DNA from: Spirochaetia bacterium
GTDB taxonomy: Bacteria > Spirochaetota > Spirochaetia > UBA9216
Reading direction: 5' to 3'
NCBI GenBank assembly: GCA_963677925.2
Contig: CAXXYH010000004.1
Span: 1,600,001 to 1,664,000 of the forward strand
Length of the DNA: 64,000 bases
Under the pieces are notes generated by a model, which was not told where the DNA came from, made no database searches, and saw only the letters and a list, made by a program, of their open reading frames with translations. The translations under genes and the position numbers were made by a program. Shown here one piece after another: positions 9,164 through 18,699 of the stretch (position 1 is its first letter; each line of letters begins with the position of its first letter).

Positions 9164-10302
9164 CCTGATTTTTTAAGAACGCAGACTGTTTCCAGGTGAT
9201 AGGTTTGAGGGAACATATCAAGCGGCTGTATGAGTGCAGTCTCATATGCCTGCTCACTGAAATATTTTAGATCTCTTACAAGGTCCGGCGGTGAGCATGA
9301 AACGTAAATAACCAGCGGCACCTTGAGTTCTGCGATTGCCGCGGCATGCTTTTTGAGCCCCCTTCTTGGCGGGTCAATGATAAGGCAGTCTGATTTTTTT
9401 ATCTCACCCAGGATTCTGTTTATTGAGTGATCAATATTTCGTTCATGGTATTCAATTCTGCAGTTTGAGCTGCCTTTTAGTGCAGCCCCTTCATTCGCCT
9501 TCCTTATGGCATTTATTGAATAATCCCAGCCGTTAATCGATGATGCCCTGTCATGAAGCTGAAGTGACAGATTTCCGTCTCCGCAGAATAAGTCTGCTGC
9601 ATTGAACGCCCTGGTTCCGAAATGCTCTGTCACAGCATCAAATACAATTTTCTGCAGTTTTTCGTTCATCCGGCTGTTGACCTGGACGAAATCAGCGCCG
9701 GGATCTTTTTCACTGTAGCGGATAAGGGTGTTGGTACTCCCTGAATCGTCGAGCCAGGCATCAAGCCCTGCCGCATGGCCTTTAAACGGAGGAACTTCTG
9801 TACCATCAAGTCTTTTGTCAAGCAGCATGCACTCGCTGATTCTCATGAACTGATTGGAGGCACGTTTATAGAAACCCTTTTCAGTCCGTCCGCTGTGCCT
9901 GTTTTTATGCAGCTTGAATCTGGCTATGCGGCGGTAGTGAAACTCGTCATCTGAACCTGTAACCGGCTGTATCTTTGATGCCGCTTCATCCTGTCCGGTT
10001 TTCAGAAAAGCACTTCTAAGTTCCCGCTCCTTTTCAGCCAGCTGGGTATTGTAGCCGATATGCTGCCACTGGCAGCCTCCGCATGTTCCGAAATACTCGC
10101 ATGGAGCAGTCCGCCTGGATGCTGAGGGTTCTAATATTTTAACGATTTCAGCCTTTCGGTAGCTTTTTTCCTTTCGGGTTATCTTAACCTCAAGCAGATC
10201 GCCGGGGGCACTGAAGGGCACAAAGTAAACGATATTTTCATGACGTCCTATTCCGTCGCCGCCGTAGGCAAGCGTATCTATTCTTAATCTTAGAGTATCC
10301 AT
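9160..10302 (-). CDS. rlmD: RNA (uracil-C5)-methyltransferase with TRAM domain, RlmD-like
   Basis: TRAM N-terminus, CEYFGTCGGCQWQH, DLFCGDG, IDPPRRG, YVSCSP, DMFPQTYHLE. Confidence 0.8.
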   Translation of the reverse strand: MDTLRLRIDTLAYGGDGIGRHENIVYFVPFSAPGDLLEVKITRKEKSYRKAEIVKILEPSASRRTAPCEYFGTCGGCQWQHIGYNTQLAEKERELRSAFLKTGQDEAASKIQPVTGSDDEFHYRRIARFKLHKNRHSGRTEKGFYKRASNQFMRISECMLLDKRLDGTEVPPFKGHAAGLDAWLDDSGSTNTLIRYSEKDPGADFVQVNSRMNEKLQKIVFDAVTEHFGTRAFNAADLFCGDGNLSLQLHDRASSINGWDYSINAIRKANEGAALKGSSNCRIEYHERNIDHSINRILGEIKKSDCLIIDPPRRGLKKHAAAIAELKVPLVIYVSCSPPDLVRDLKYFSEQAYETALIQPLDMFPQTYHLETVCVLKKSG

Positions 10303-10321
10303 CGCTGCATAATAGCTTAGA

Positions 10322-11089
10322 TCAATATTTTACAGCAACGGTCGAAGCATCGATCCTGTGGATTCTCACTGTGATTCCGTAAAGCTCTGACAGTTTTTCT
10401 TCTGTAAAAAGCTCATGAAGGCTTCCGAATTCAATATTTCCTTTCTCCGGCATCATGATCAGGCTGTCTGCAATATCAGCTGCGGATTCCGGGGAGTGTG
10501 TTGTGAATATTACGGTACGGTTTTCATCTTTAAATGTCTTAATAATATCAAGCATCTGCCTGCGCCTTGAAGGGTCCAGGTGGTTTGACGGTTCATCCAA
10601 AAGCAGTATGTCCGGCTCCTGGGCAAGTGATCTTGCCATCAGCATTATCCTGGCTTCTCCTCCGCTGAGCGTCGGTATTTTCTGTTTTTCAAGATGTCTG
10701 CCGCTGACCCTCTCAAGAGCTGTTTTTACAGCTCTGTAATCAGTTCTGCCAGGCTGCTGAAGCGGCTGCAGGTATGGAGCCCTGCCAAGAAGCACATATT
10801 CCTGCACTGTATAATCAAAGCCCGGGTTTTCTGTCTGTGGAAGAAGGCTTATGGATCTTCCCCTTTCTGCATGACTGAGGACGGACAGCGGCCGGCCTCC
10901 AGTGAAAATTCGTCCGGAGTCAGGTTTCAGCCAGCCTAAAAGCAGATGCAGCAGTGTTGTTTTTCCTGAACCGTTCGGGCCGATTACTGCGCATATCTCA
11001 CCTTGAGGAATCTCCAATGTAAGATTATCAATAATTTTTTTTCCGCCGTATGAAAAACTGATATTTTCAAGTCTGTATGAGCAGTTCAT
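10322..11089 (-). CDS. Iron-chelate/cobalamin-type ABC transporter ATPase
   Basis: GPNGSGKTT, LSGGE, LLLDEPSNHLD. Confidence 0.9.
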   Translation of the reverse strand: MNCSYRLENISFSYGGKKIIDNLTLEIPQGEICAVIGPNGSGKTTLLHLLLGWLKPDSGRIFTGGRPLSVLSHAERGRSISLLPQTENPGFDYTVQEYVLLGRAPYLQPLQQPGRTDYRAVKTALERVSGRHLEKQKIPTLSGGEARIMLMARSLAQEPDILLLDEPSNHLDPSRRRQMLDIIKTFKDENRTVIFTTHSPESAADIADSLIMMPEKGNIEFGSLHELFTEEKLSELYGITVRIHRIDASTVAVKY

Positions 11090-12090
11090 CAGCCTGCAGC
11101 CTCCGTTTCGGGTCGGGTCATTATCAGGATGAACAATAGAACCCCTATGAGCGCTGTAAGAATCCCCAGCGGTATTTCTCCCGGAAGCAGAGCTCTTGAA
11201 ATATCATCGCATAACAGTCCGAATATACCTCCTGCAAGAGCAGCTCCCGGAAGAGCGTATCTGGCATCCGCTCCGAAGATTCTGCGTGAAAGATGGGGTA
11301 CTATAAGTCCCGCCCACTGGACGATTCCGGAAAGTGAAATCATTGCAGTGACCGGAATGACTGCCAGAAGCAGTACTGCCGCTCTTCCTGTTTTCGGGTT
11401 TATGCCAAGGCTGTATGCTGTCTGGTCTGAAGCTGCAAATATGTTTATCCGCCATCTGAACAGAATTAGAACAGTCATGGGGATAATAACCAGGGGCAGC
11501 ACTGTTATAACCTGTTTTGATGTTATCCCTGATAAGCCGCCCAGGAGCCAGAAGGTAAGCTCCGGAAGCTGGGTCAGGGGGTCGGCAAGTGTTTTTATAA
11601 GTCCCAGCCCGGCTGAGAAAAGGGCTGAAACAGCTATGCCTGCAAGAATAAGCCGCAGAAGCCAGCCTCCGAACCTTAGTTTATGGGCGATCAGATAACT
11701 AAGTACAAGGCCTGTAAGGCCGAATACTGCTGCCGAAGCCTGTGTCCACAGCATTGCCTGTCCCCCAAGCAGTATGGCAAGTCCCGCTCCGAATGCCGCT
11801 CCCTGGCTTACACCCAGGAATCCGGGTTCTACAAGCGGATTGGAGAATATGAGCTGAAAAACAAAGCCTCCGCAGCCAAGTGCAGCCCCCAGCAGGACCG
11901 CCGCCGTACAGCGCGGCAGACGGATTGAGACAAATATCTTTAATGCCATAGGGTCGTTTTTAAGTGTAGAAATACTGTTTATCCCTGGATTGGGGTAGCG
12001 GCCCAGCAGGAGCGAGAATGCGAAAATTAGTAGCAGTCCCGCTGAAAGCAGAACCAGACCGGTTCGCCCGGAAAGCCCCGGCCTTCTCAC
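11089..12090 (-). CDS. FecCD/BtuC-family ABC permease
   Basis: IRLPR, NPLVEPGFLGVSQGA, FWLLGGL, EIPLGILTALIG. Confidence 0.9.
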   Translation of the reverse strand: MRRPGLSGRTGLVLLSAGLLLIFAFSLLLGRYPNPGINSISTLKNDPMALKIFVSIRLPRCTAAVLLGAALGCGGFVFQLIFSNPLVEPGFLGVSQGAAFGAGLAILLGGQAMLWTQASAAVFGLTGLVLSYLIAHKLRFGGWLLRLILAGIAVSALFSAGLGLIKTLADPLTQLPELTFWLLGGLSGITSKQVITVLPLVIIPMTVLILFRWRINIFAASDQTAYSLGINPKTGRAAVLLLAVIPVTAMISLSGIVQWAGLIVPHLSRRIFGADARYALPGAALAGGIFGLLCDDISRALLPGEIPLGILTALIGVLLFILIMTRPETEAAG

Positions 12091-13109
12091 CTGTAATCTC
12101 CTGTGATTCTTGGAACGATTTCTGTCCGGGTTTTTTCACTGTTAAATCCGTAAACAGTGCTGTAAAAGCTGAAAAGTTTCTCATCAAGTCTCCCGGCGGG
12201 GAAAACATCGGGATGAAGCCGGTATCCAAGCCAGTTTAGGCCCAGTATCCATCTTGGATCTGGCTGATCCCAGCTTAAAAAATCTCCCGGAAAGGCAAGG
12301 ATTTCAGATTCAAGAAGCTTCCATACCGGATCTTTCTGCAGACTTGCAGTTACTGCAGCTGAATCATCATGATATGTAACAAGAAGTATTTTTTCAGGTT
12401 TCCATGCTGCTATCTGTTCAAATGAAACCGTCTGCCAGCTTTCCGAGGTAAGGCCTTCGGTCCACACCGGCTCACCTCCGGCCCATTGAACCATCCTTGT
12501 CTGTATCCAGTCAGCAGGAGGCACTTTCAATAATGTACTTCCGCCTTTTCGGCTGTAATAGAGAAATAGAACCCTGGATTTTGGGATTTCCGATCGCGAA
12601 ACAAGGGTCTGAGCTTCAATTCTTTCTTCTCTAAAATATGCTCTAAGATCTTCCGCCCTCAGGGGATTTCCGAAAAGATTTCCGAGAAGTTGAAGTTCAT
12701 CGTCATACTGTTCAGGCGACTCCATATTTATAAAAATCAGTGGTATTCCAAGCTTGTTCAGGCTCTCCGCTGCACTGCGCATATAGCTCTTAAGGACTAT
12801 TGCTGTAGGTTTATATGAGGCTGCTGTTTCGGGCTGAATTTCCATATCCAGAACAGCTTTTGTTTTAAATTCCGGGTCAACAAGCTGCTGAAAGCTGCCT
12901 CCGGCCTGGCTGGTACTTCCCATGGCAATCAGAGTATCGGGTGCTTCCGGAAACATGTAAAGCATATTCAATACAAGTGTATTTCCTCTTCCCCAGCATA
13001 TAATGCGCGGAGGTTCTGTAAGGTCAGAGGCTTCTGCGATAATCGGGGCTATTGATATTACTGCAAAAAGAAGAAAGAGGGCTTTTGATTTGATTTTTGA
13101 AATTTTCAT
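12087..13109 (-). CDS. Iron-chelate/cobalamin-type ABC substrate-binding protein
   Basis: Signal peptide from MKISKIKSK (start moved to 13109), VSFEQIAAWKPE, WDQPDPRWILG; operon context. Confidence 0.8.
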   Translation of the reverse strand: MKISKIKSKALFLLFAVISIAPIIAEASDLTEPPRIICWGRGNTLVLNMLYMFPEAPDTLIAMGSTSQAGGSFQQLVDPEFKTKAVLDMEIQPETAASYKPTAIVLKSYMRSAAESLNKLGIPLIFINMESPEQYDDELQLLGNLFGNPLRAEDLRAYFREERIEAQTLVSRSEIPKSRVLFLYYSRKGGSTLLKVPPADWIQTRMVQWAGGEPVWTEGLTSESWQTVSFEQIAAWKPEKILLVTYHDDSAAVTASLQKDPVWKLLESEILAFPGDFLSWDQPDPRWILGLNWLGYRLHPDVFPAGRLDEKLFSFYSTVYGFNSEKTRTEIVPRITGDYR

Positions 13110-13490
13110 AGCAGGATCCTGTAAATCTGAATGATATGAGCTTCTTGCAAAACTAACCGGGTTTTGCAGGAAGCTTATATATTTTGTCACAGGGGGAGGG
13201 TTCATGCAATTGATATTTTTTTCGAAATATGCTTTAATACAGCATCAGCGGTAATAAGGCGGGTATTTATTGATATTTGCGTAGTTGCTGACTGTTTTAA
13301 TGATAATTTATATTTTTATTCATGAATTATTAACATTCATGGTATAGTATATTATATATAAGAAAAAGAATTGTTTCAGATGACAGAACCCTGGTTACAT
13401 CGGCGGACAGAGGATCTTACGATTGAGGGTTTATCATCTGATTTTTTTTGCCCTGATAAAAACAGCGTTTATAAGAAGCTGACTTAATAT

Positions 13491-13530
13491 AAAAAAAAGA
13501 GGATGAAGCGCTAGGCTGCATCCTCTTTTT
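13491..13530 (-). terminator. Intrinsic (possibly bidirectional) terminator
   Basis: AAAAAGAGGATG...CATCCTCTTTTT inverted repeat flanked by A/T tracts, just downstream of 13547..14011. Confidence 0.75.
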
Positions 13531-13546
13531 ATAAATAATAAAAGAA

Positions 13547-14011
13547 TTAGATACCGATTTTGGTCTTGAGGCCGAAGGTTACAACTCCTCCGTCTGATAC
13601 ATTAAAAACTCCGCCGTTGGTTGCAAGCCAGTCTACAAATACACCCATTCCTGTGAAAAGACCGTCTTTTTTGGTGAAAAAGTCGTATTCAAGACCTGCA
13701 CCGAAAGCAACTATTGGACCTGCAGTTTCAGCACCGGTAAAAAGTGAAATATAGGCGTTGTCAACCGGACTGACAGCTACATTGACTGCAGCTACACTGG
13801 TACCGCCGATGTCGAAAAACTTGAATCCGCCGCTGAAAGTGTTGTTGAAGTTGTAATCAACTCCGTAAACCTGTGTTGCATCAATTGTGTCTGCGATCAT
13901 GTCGTAACCTGCGCCTGCTCCTAGTGTGAAACTGAAGTGATCAGGACCTTCTGCAAATGCGCCTGCTGCTGCAACTAAAGCCACCAGCATAATCAGTACT
14001 ATTTTTTTCAT
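13547..14011 (-). CDS. Secreted protein, probable small outer-membrane beta-barrel
   Basis: Signal peptide ending AFA, strong AAAGGAG SD, about 8 amphipathic aromatic/Gly-rich strands, terminal strand VTFGLKTKIGI. Confidence 0.65.
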   Translation of the reverse strand: MKKIVLIMLVALVAAAGAFAEGPDHFSFTLGAGAGYDMIADTIDATQVYGVDYNFNNTFSGGFKFFDIGGTSVAAVNVAVSPVDNAYISLFTGAETAGPIVAFGAGLEYDFFTKKDGLFTGMGVFVDWLATNGGVFNVSDGGVVTFGLKTKIGI

Positions 14012-14146
14012 TAAGTACTCCTTTAAATAGTTTTGAATACTAAGTTAATAAAATGATTCTTCAGGGTCAACAAATACTGTGGCTTACTTTGCTTTTTAGG
14101 GTAAAGCCCTATACTTCAGGCACCGTTCATCATCGAAGTGCCCTGA

Positions 14147-15463
14147 TTACGGCTGTTGCCAGGCAAGCGGCAGATGATCGTTTATCAAAGCGCTGCCGTT
14201 TTCGAACTCGGTATGGAGCGTACTTGTACCTACATTCCAGCCGGAAAGATTCTGATTAAAGAGTTTGGCGTCAAAGAACATCCAACTCATATTGGTAACA
14301 CTGCTGACATTCCATTTTGAGAGATCTGCATTAAATTTATAAGCAGTGTCAAACATTGATTCCATATCTGTAACATTACCAACATTCCATTGTGAGATAT
14401 CTCCATTAAATACATATGCACGGACGAACATGCAATACATGTTTTTGACTTTATCAACACTCCAGCCGGAGATTTCCTGATTGAAAGTAATGGTATTGGC
14501 GAACATCCAGCTCATATCTTCAACATTGCCTACTTCCCAGCCTGAGATGTCCTGGTTGAAGGATTCAGCTGCATAGAACATCCAGCTCATATCTTCAACG
14601 CTGCTGACATCCCAGTCGGATATGTCCTGGTTGAAGGATTTGGCATTGCTGAACATATGATTCATATCTTTAACATTACTCACATCCCAGCCTGAAATAT
14701 CCTGGTTGAAACTTGTAAAATTTAAAAACAAATTATTCATATCAGTTATACCGGAAGTATCTGCCATACTAACGTTTAGATTATTTAAAATCATGGTGTC
14801 AAGTTCGGATCTATCAACGGTAATAAGCAGATTAACATCATACTCGCGGGTGCTGCCATCCTCTGCGGTTATTTTAAATACCACTGTATAAGAAAAATCG
14901 TCGGCGGAAGAATCGGTTTCCTGTTCCACACCGTCTGCAATAACTGAAACTCCTGTAGTTGTATATGTTGGAATAAGTGAGCTTACTATGGTGCTGATAT
15001 CTGCTGAGTATGGAATCCTGAGGGTTATCGCATTACCATCAATTACTCCAATCAAATCCTCACTTAATTTTGGATTCTTTTCACTTAAAAACGAGAACGA
15101 TGTAATCTCTCTGGCAGGATTCAGGGCTGCAGTAACTGTAACGGCATAATCTGAGGTACTGCCGTCTTCGGCTGTTACTCTATACGTTACCGGGGAAGTG
15201 AAATCATTAGCTGTTTCTCCGCTTACCTGTTCAATGCCATTAACCGAGACGCTTATACCGGTTGTTGTAAAGCTTGCAACCAGACTGCTTAAGTCTGTTG
15301 CATATGGTACAGTAACCGCTATTGCTGACCCGGTAATCTCTGCAATTGCCGCGGGGCTGATATCATTAAAACTGAATTCTGTTAAATCTGAAGTGGAGTT
15401 TGAGCATCCTGATATTACGGCTGCTATGAAAAGCGCCGGAAGCAATTGTTTTAGTTTTTTCAT
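14147..15463 (-). CDS. Lipoprotein with two Ig-like repeats and DUF285/BspA-type 25-aa repeats
   Basis: Lipobox ISGC; two domains ending VTAEDGS/ITAEDGS; repeats of the form FNQDISxWdVsxVxDMxxMF. Confidence 0.85.
   Translation of the reverse strand: MKKLKQLLPALFIAAVISGCSNSTSDLTEFSFNDISPAAIAEITGSAIAVTVPYATDLSSLVASFTTTGISVSVNGIEQVSGETANDFTSPVTYRVTAEDGSTSDYAVTVTAALNPAREITSFSFLSEKNPKLSEDLIGVIDGNAITLRIPYSADISTIVSSLIPTYTTTGVSVIADGVEQETDSSADDFSYTVVFKITAEDGSTREYDVNLLITVDRSELDTMILNNLNVSMADTSGITDMNNLFLNFTSFNQDISGWDVSNVKDMNHMFSNAKSFNQDISDWDVSSVEDMSWMFYAAESFNQDISGWEVGNVEDMSWMFANTITFNQEISGWSVDKVKNMYCMFVRAYVFNGDISQWNVGNVTDMESMFDTAYKFNADLSKWNVSSVTNMSWMFFDAKLFNQNLSGWNVGTSTLHTEFENGSALINDHLPLAWQQP
14231..14710 (-). 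repeat. Coding tandem repeat, 75-bp period (about 7 units)
   Basis: FN codons begin at 14710, 14635, 14560, 14485, 14410, 14335 and 14260 (exact 75-bp spacing). Confidence 0.85.
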
Positions 15464-15513
15464 ATATTTCTCCTGTATCTATAAGAAATAATAAAGTGAA
15501 CGCCGGAATTAAT

Positions 15514-15537
15514 CGTACGGATTTATAAATCCGTACG
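15514..15537. promoter_or_regulatory. Perfect 24-bp palindrome in a divergent intergenic region
   Basis: CGTACGGATTTATAAATCCGTACG is its own reverse complement; function not established. Confidence 0.5.
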
Positions 15538-15637
15538 TTTTTTATTAATTTTTAATCCATAAAATTGATGAAATCATGATTCAATTTCTTATTGTGTTAT
15601 TTACCCACAGATTATAAAATGTCCTCCAGAGGTCCTT

Positions 15638-17152
15638 ATGAAAAAAAAATATGTCGGTGCAGTTGATCAGGGCACTACAAGTACAAGATTTATACTTTTT
15701 AATAAAAAAGGTCTGATAGAACATTCCTATCAGCTTGAACATAGGCAGATATTTCCAAAACCGGGCTGGGTTGAACATGACCCAATTGAAATATGGGAGA
15801 AAACCTGCACGGTTATTACAGAAACACTTAAAAGAAACAGTATCAGTCCTGATGAAATTGATTCCATCGGTATTACAAACCAGCGTGAAACAACGGTGGT
15901 CTGGGACCGCTATACGGGAAAACCTCTTCATAATGCCATTGTCTGGCAGGATACCAGAACCGGCGATATCATTGCACGTGCATCAGGCTCTGAAGGTCCG
16001 GATCGCTACCGTGAAAAGGTAGGCCTGCCTTTGAATACCTACTTTGCCGGGTCAAAAATGCAGTGGCTTTCGGAGAATTCTGAAGAGGTAAAATCGGCAG
16101 TAGAGAAGGGCCGCGCTGTATTTGGAACAATTGATTCATGGGTAGTATGGAACCTGACAGGCGGTGCAGACGGCGGTTCTTTTGTTACAGATGTTACCAA
16201 TGCCAGCAGAACTCTTCTGATGGATCTAAAAACACTGCAGTGGGATTCCGGGATGATGGAAGTTTTTAACGTTAATCCCGATTCTCTTCCCGAAATCCGG
16301 TCTTCCTCAGCTGCTGAACCCTATGGATTTACCAGGACGGATGGTCCTTTCGGTGCTTCCATACCTGTCTGCGGTATACTTGGGGATCAGCAGGCCGCCA
16401 TGTTCGGTCAGGCCTGTTTTAATCAGGGAAACAGCAAGAATACCTACGGAACCGGCTGTTTTATGCTGGCAAATACCGGTGAAGATATCGTTCATTCAAA
16501 ATACGGGCTTTTAACCACTGTCCTGTACAGAATAGGTAAGGAGAATCCCTGTTATGCCCTGGAAGGCTCAGTTGCCGTCGCAGGATCTCTTGTACAGTGG
16601 ATTCGGGATAATCTGGGGCTGATACAGAATTCCCCCGATATCGAGGAGCTTGCACTGAAGGTTGATGATAACGGCGGTGTGTATTTCGTTCCTGCTTTTT
16701 CGGGCTTATTTGCTCCCAGATGGCGTCCCGATGCAAGGGGGCTGATAATCGGCCTGACCGGCTACGCAAACTCATCCCACATAGCACGTGCCGTTCTGGA
16801 ATCCACCGCATTCCAAACACTTGAAATCTTCGATGCCATGGAAAAAGATGCCGGTATTGAGATTGATTCGCTGAAGGTTGACGGCGGTATGACTGCCAAT
16901 AACCTGCTTATGCAGTTTCAGGCTGATCTGCTTGATGTTCCGGTAATCAAACCCGTTGTTTCCGAAACCACAGCCCTTGGCGCCGCCTATGCCGCAGGAC
17001 TTGCTACAGGCTTCTGGGCTGACCGCAGGGAACTTTCTGAACACTGGGTTGAAGACAGACGATGGCTGCCGAAGATGAGCCAGAGTGAAAGGGAGTCGAG
17101 ATTTAAGGGCTGGAACCGCGCAGTGGAAAGAACATATAACTGGGAGACGTAA
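15638..17152 (+). CDS. glpK: Glycerol kinase
   Basis: [45 protein letters not shown]. Confidence 0.95.
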   Translation: MKKKYVGAVDQGTTSTRFILFNKKGLIEHSYQLEHRQIFPKPGWVEHDPIEIWEKTCTVITETLKRNSISPDEIDSIGITNQRETTVVWDRYTGKPLHNAIVWQDTRTGDIIARASGSEGPDRYREKVGLPLNTYFAGSKMQWLSENSEEVKSAVEKGRAVFGTIDSWVVWNLTGGADGGSFVTDVTNASRTLLMDLKTLQWDSGMMEVFNVNPDSLPEIRSSSAAEPYGFTRTDGPFGASIPVCGILGDQQAAMFGQACFNQGNSKNTYGTGCFMLANTGEDIVHSKYGLLTTVLYRIGKENPCYALEGSVAVAGSLVQWIRDNLGLIQNSPDIEELALKVDDNGGVYFVPAFSGLFAPRWRPDARGLIIGLTGYANSSHIARAVLESTAFQTLEIFDAMEKDAGIEIDSLKVDGGMTANNLLMQFQADLLDVPVIKPVVSETTALGAAYAAGLATGFWADRRELSEHWVEDRRWLPKMSQSERESRFKGWNRAVERTYNWET

Positions 17153-17156
17153 GTAA

Positions 17157-18626
17157 ATGACCCTGATTCCGTTTTTTGCGAGGTTTTCGCTCGGTTATTA
17201 TCTGAATATTGTGATGTATTTCATTGTTTTAGGTGTTACGATCCGAATTCTTCTTGATAACCGGAATCCAAGCTGGTCTATATCAATGCTTCTGATTCTG
17301 TATTTTATTCCGATACTAGGACTCTTTATCTATTTCTTCAACGGTGTCGACTGGAAAAAGCGTAAAATTGTAAAACATATTCCTGAACGCATTTTTAAAA
17401 AGAATTTAAGTGATCTTATAGAGAAACAGACAAGCTTTCTGGAGAATGTTCCTTCGGATTTTGAAAATGACAGCGTGAAGATTATCAGAATGCTCTTAAA
17501 CAGCAGCGGTTCGATCATGACTATGAATAATGCCTGTACAATTTACAGCTCCGGAGAGACGCTTTTTAAGGATCTTATAGAAAATCTGAAAACCGCTGAG
17601 CGCTCGATTCATATGGAGTATTTTATCTGGAGATCTGATGAACTTGGACAGCAGATCAAGGATATTCTTATCAGCAAGGTAAAGGCCGGGGTTGAGGTAA
17701 GGCTGCTTTTTGACGGTGTGGGATGTTTCCGTGCCATGAGCCTTAAATATAAACGTGAACTTAGAAAAGCCGGAGTTAAAATACGGTATTTTCTTGATCC
17801 TCTGAATCCTTTCACAGGCTGGCTTCTTAATTACTGTAATCACCGGAAGATTCTTGTTATTGACGGAAAAACCGGATTCACAGGTGGAATGAATATAGGC
17901 CGGGAATATATTGATGGGGGAAAACGCTTTGAGACCTGGCGTGATACCCATATGAAACTTGAGGGTGATACTGTAAACCTCCTGCAGGCGGTTTTTATGG
18001 CCGACTGGGAAAACAGCGGCGGAAAACTGGTCAGTGAAGAGAAATACATTATTCCATCCGACATGTATCATACGGATTTACCTATGCAGATAATTACAAG
18101 CGGCCCCGATTCTGACTGGCACAGCCTTAAAGAGCTGTTTTTTACCCTTATTTCAAATGCAAATGAGGAAGTTCTTATTGCGAGCCCGTATTTTGTAATT
18201 GATTCTGCAATTGAAGAGGCAATCATTACTGCAGCTCTTTCGGGAGTCAGGATAAAGATAATCATGTGCGGAGCCCCGCCGGACAAATGGATTCCATTCT
18301 GGGTCGCCCAGACTTATTATGAACGGCTGATAGCAGCCGGGGCTGAGATTTACCAGTATCAGAAGGGATTTTATCACAGTAAATTCATTGCAGTGGACTC
18401 CAAGATTGCGACAGTAGGTACCTGTAATATGGATATCCGGAGTTTTCAGCTGCATTACGAAATAAATGCTATGTTTTATGACTCTGCTAAAGCTGAACAG
18501 CTTAGGAATGTGTTTATGGAAGACCTGTCGGGCAGCCGGAAGGTTACGCTCGAAGACTGTGAGCGGCTCTCATTTCTGAGTAAACTTCGAAACTCTGTCT
18601 TCAGAATCTTTGCGCCTCTGCTCTGA
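17157..18626 (+). CDS. cls: Cardiolipin synthase
   Basis: Two N-terminal TM segments; two PLD motifs (NHRKILVIDG, YHSKFIAVD). Confidence 0.92.
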   Translation: MTLIPFFARFSLGYYLNIVMYFIVLGVTIRILLDNRNPSWSISMLLILYFIPILGLFIYFFNGVDWKKRKIVKHIPERIFKKNLSDLIEKQTSFLENVPSDFENDSVKIIRMLLNSSGSIMTMNNACTIYSSGETLFKDLIENLKTAERSIHMEYFIWRSDELGQQIKDILISKVKAGVEVRLLFDGVGCFRAMSLKYKRELRKAGVKIRYFLDPLNPFTGWLLNYCNHRKILVIDGKTGFTGGMNIGREYIDGGKRFETWRDTHMKLEGDTVNLLQAVFMADWENSGGKLVSEEKYIIPSDMYHTDLPMQIITSGPDSDWHSLKELFFTLISNANEEVLIASPYFVIDSAIEEAIITAALSGVRIKIIMCGAPPDKWIPFWVAQTYYERLIAAGAEIYQYQKGFYHSKFIAVDSKIATVGTCNMDIRSFQLHYEINAMFYDSAKAEQLRNVFMEDLSGSRKVTLEDCERLSFLSKLRNSVFRIFAPLL

Positions 18627-18644
18627 ACTGAAAAACACCGGGAT

Positions 18645-18674
18645 AAAAAAAGACTCCCGGGGGTTGCCCGGGAG
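18645..18674 (-). terminator. Terminator between the convergent cls and transaldolase-like genes
   Basis: CTCCCGGG/CCCGGGAG stem preceded by an A-tract on the + strand. Confidence 0.65.
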
Positions 18675-18699
18675 CGGAAGGTTTATTATTAGGCCGATA

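Noticed and set aside
13110-13480. Cobalamin riboswitch or Fur box upstream of the FecCD-type importer
   Set aside because: No GGGAA/GCCACTG core was found on the mRNA strand. The AATGATAAT near 13300 matches the Fur consensus only weakly in very AT-rich DNA.
14231-14710. CRISPR array or DGR variable repeat
   Set aside because: The repeats are in-frame 75-bp degenerate coding units, with no spacers, cas genes or reverse transcriptase in the window.
15638-17152. glpK as the dihydroxyacetone kinase of the proposed inositol route
   Set aside because: It is a canonical GlpK coupled to cls, which points to lipid metabolism, and is separated from the transaldolase-like gene by a terminator. Proximity alone is insufficient.
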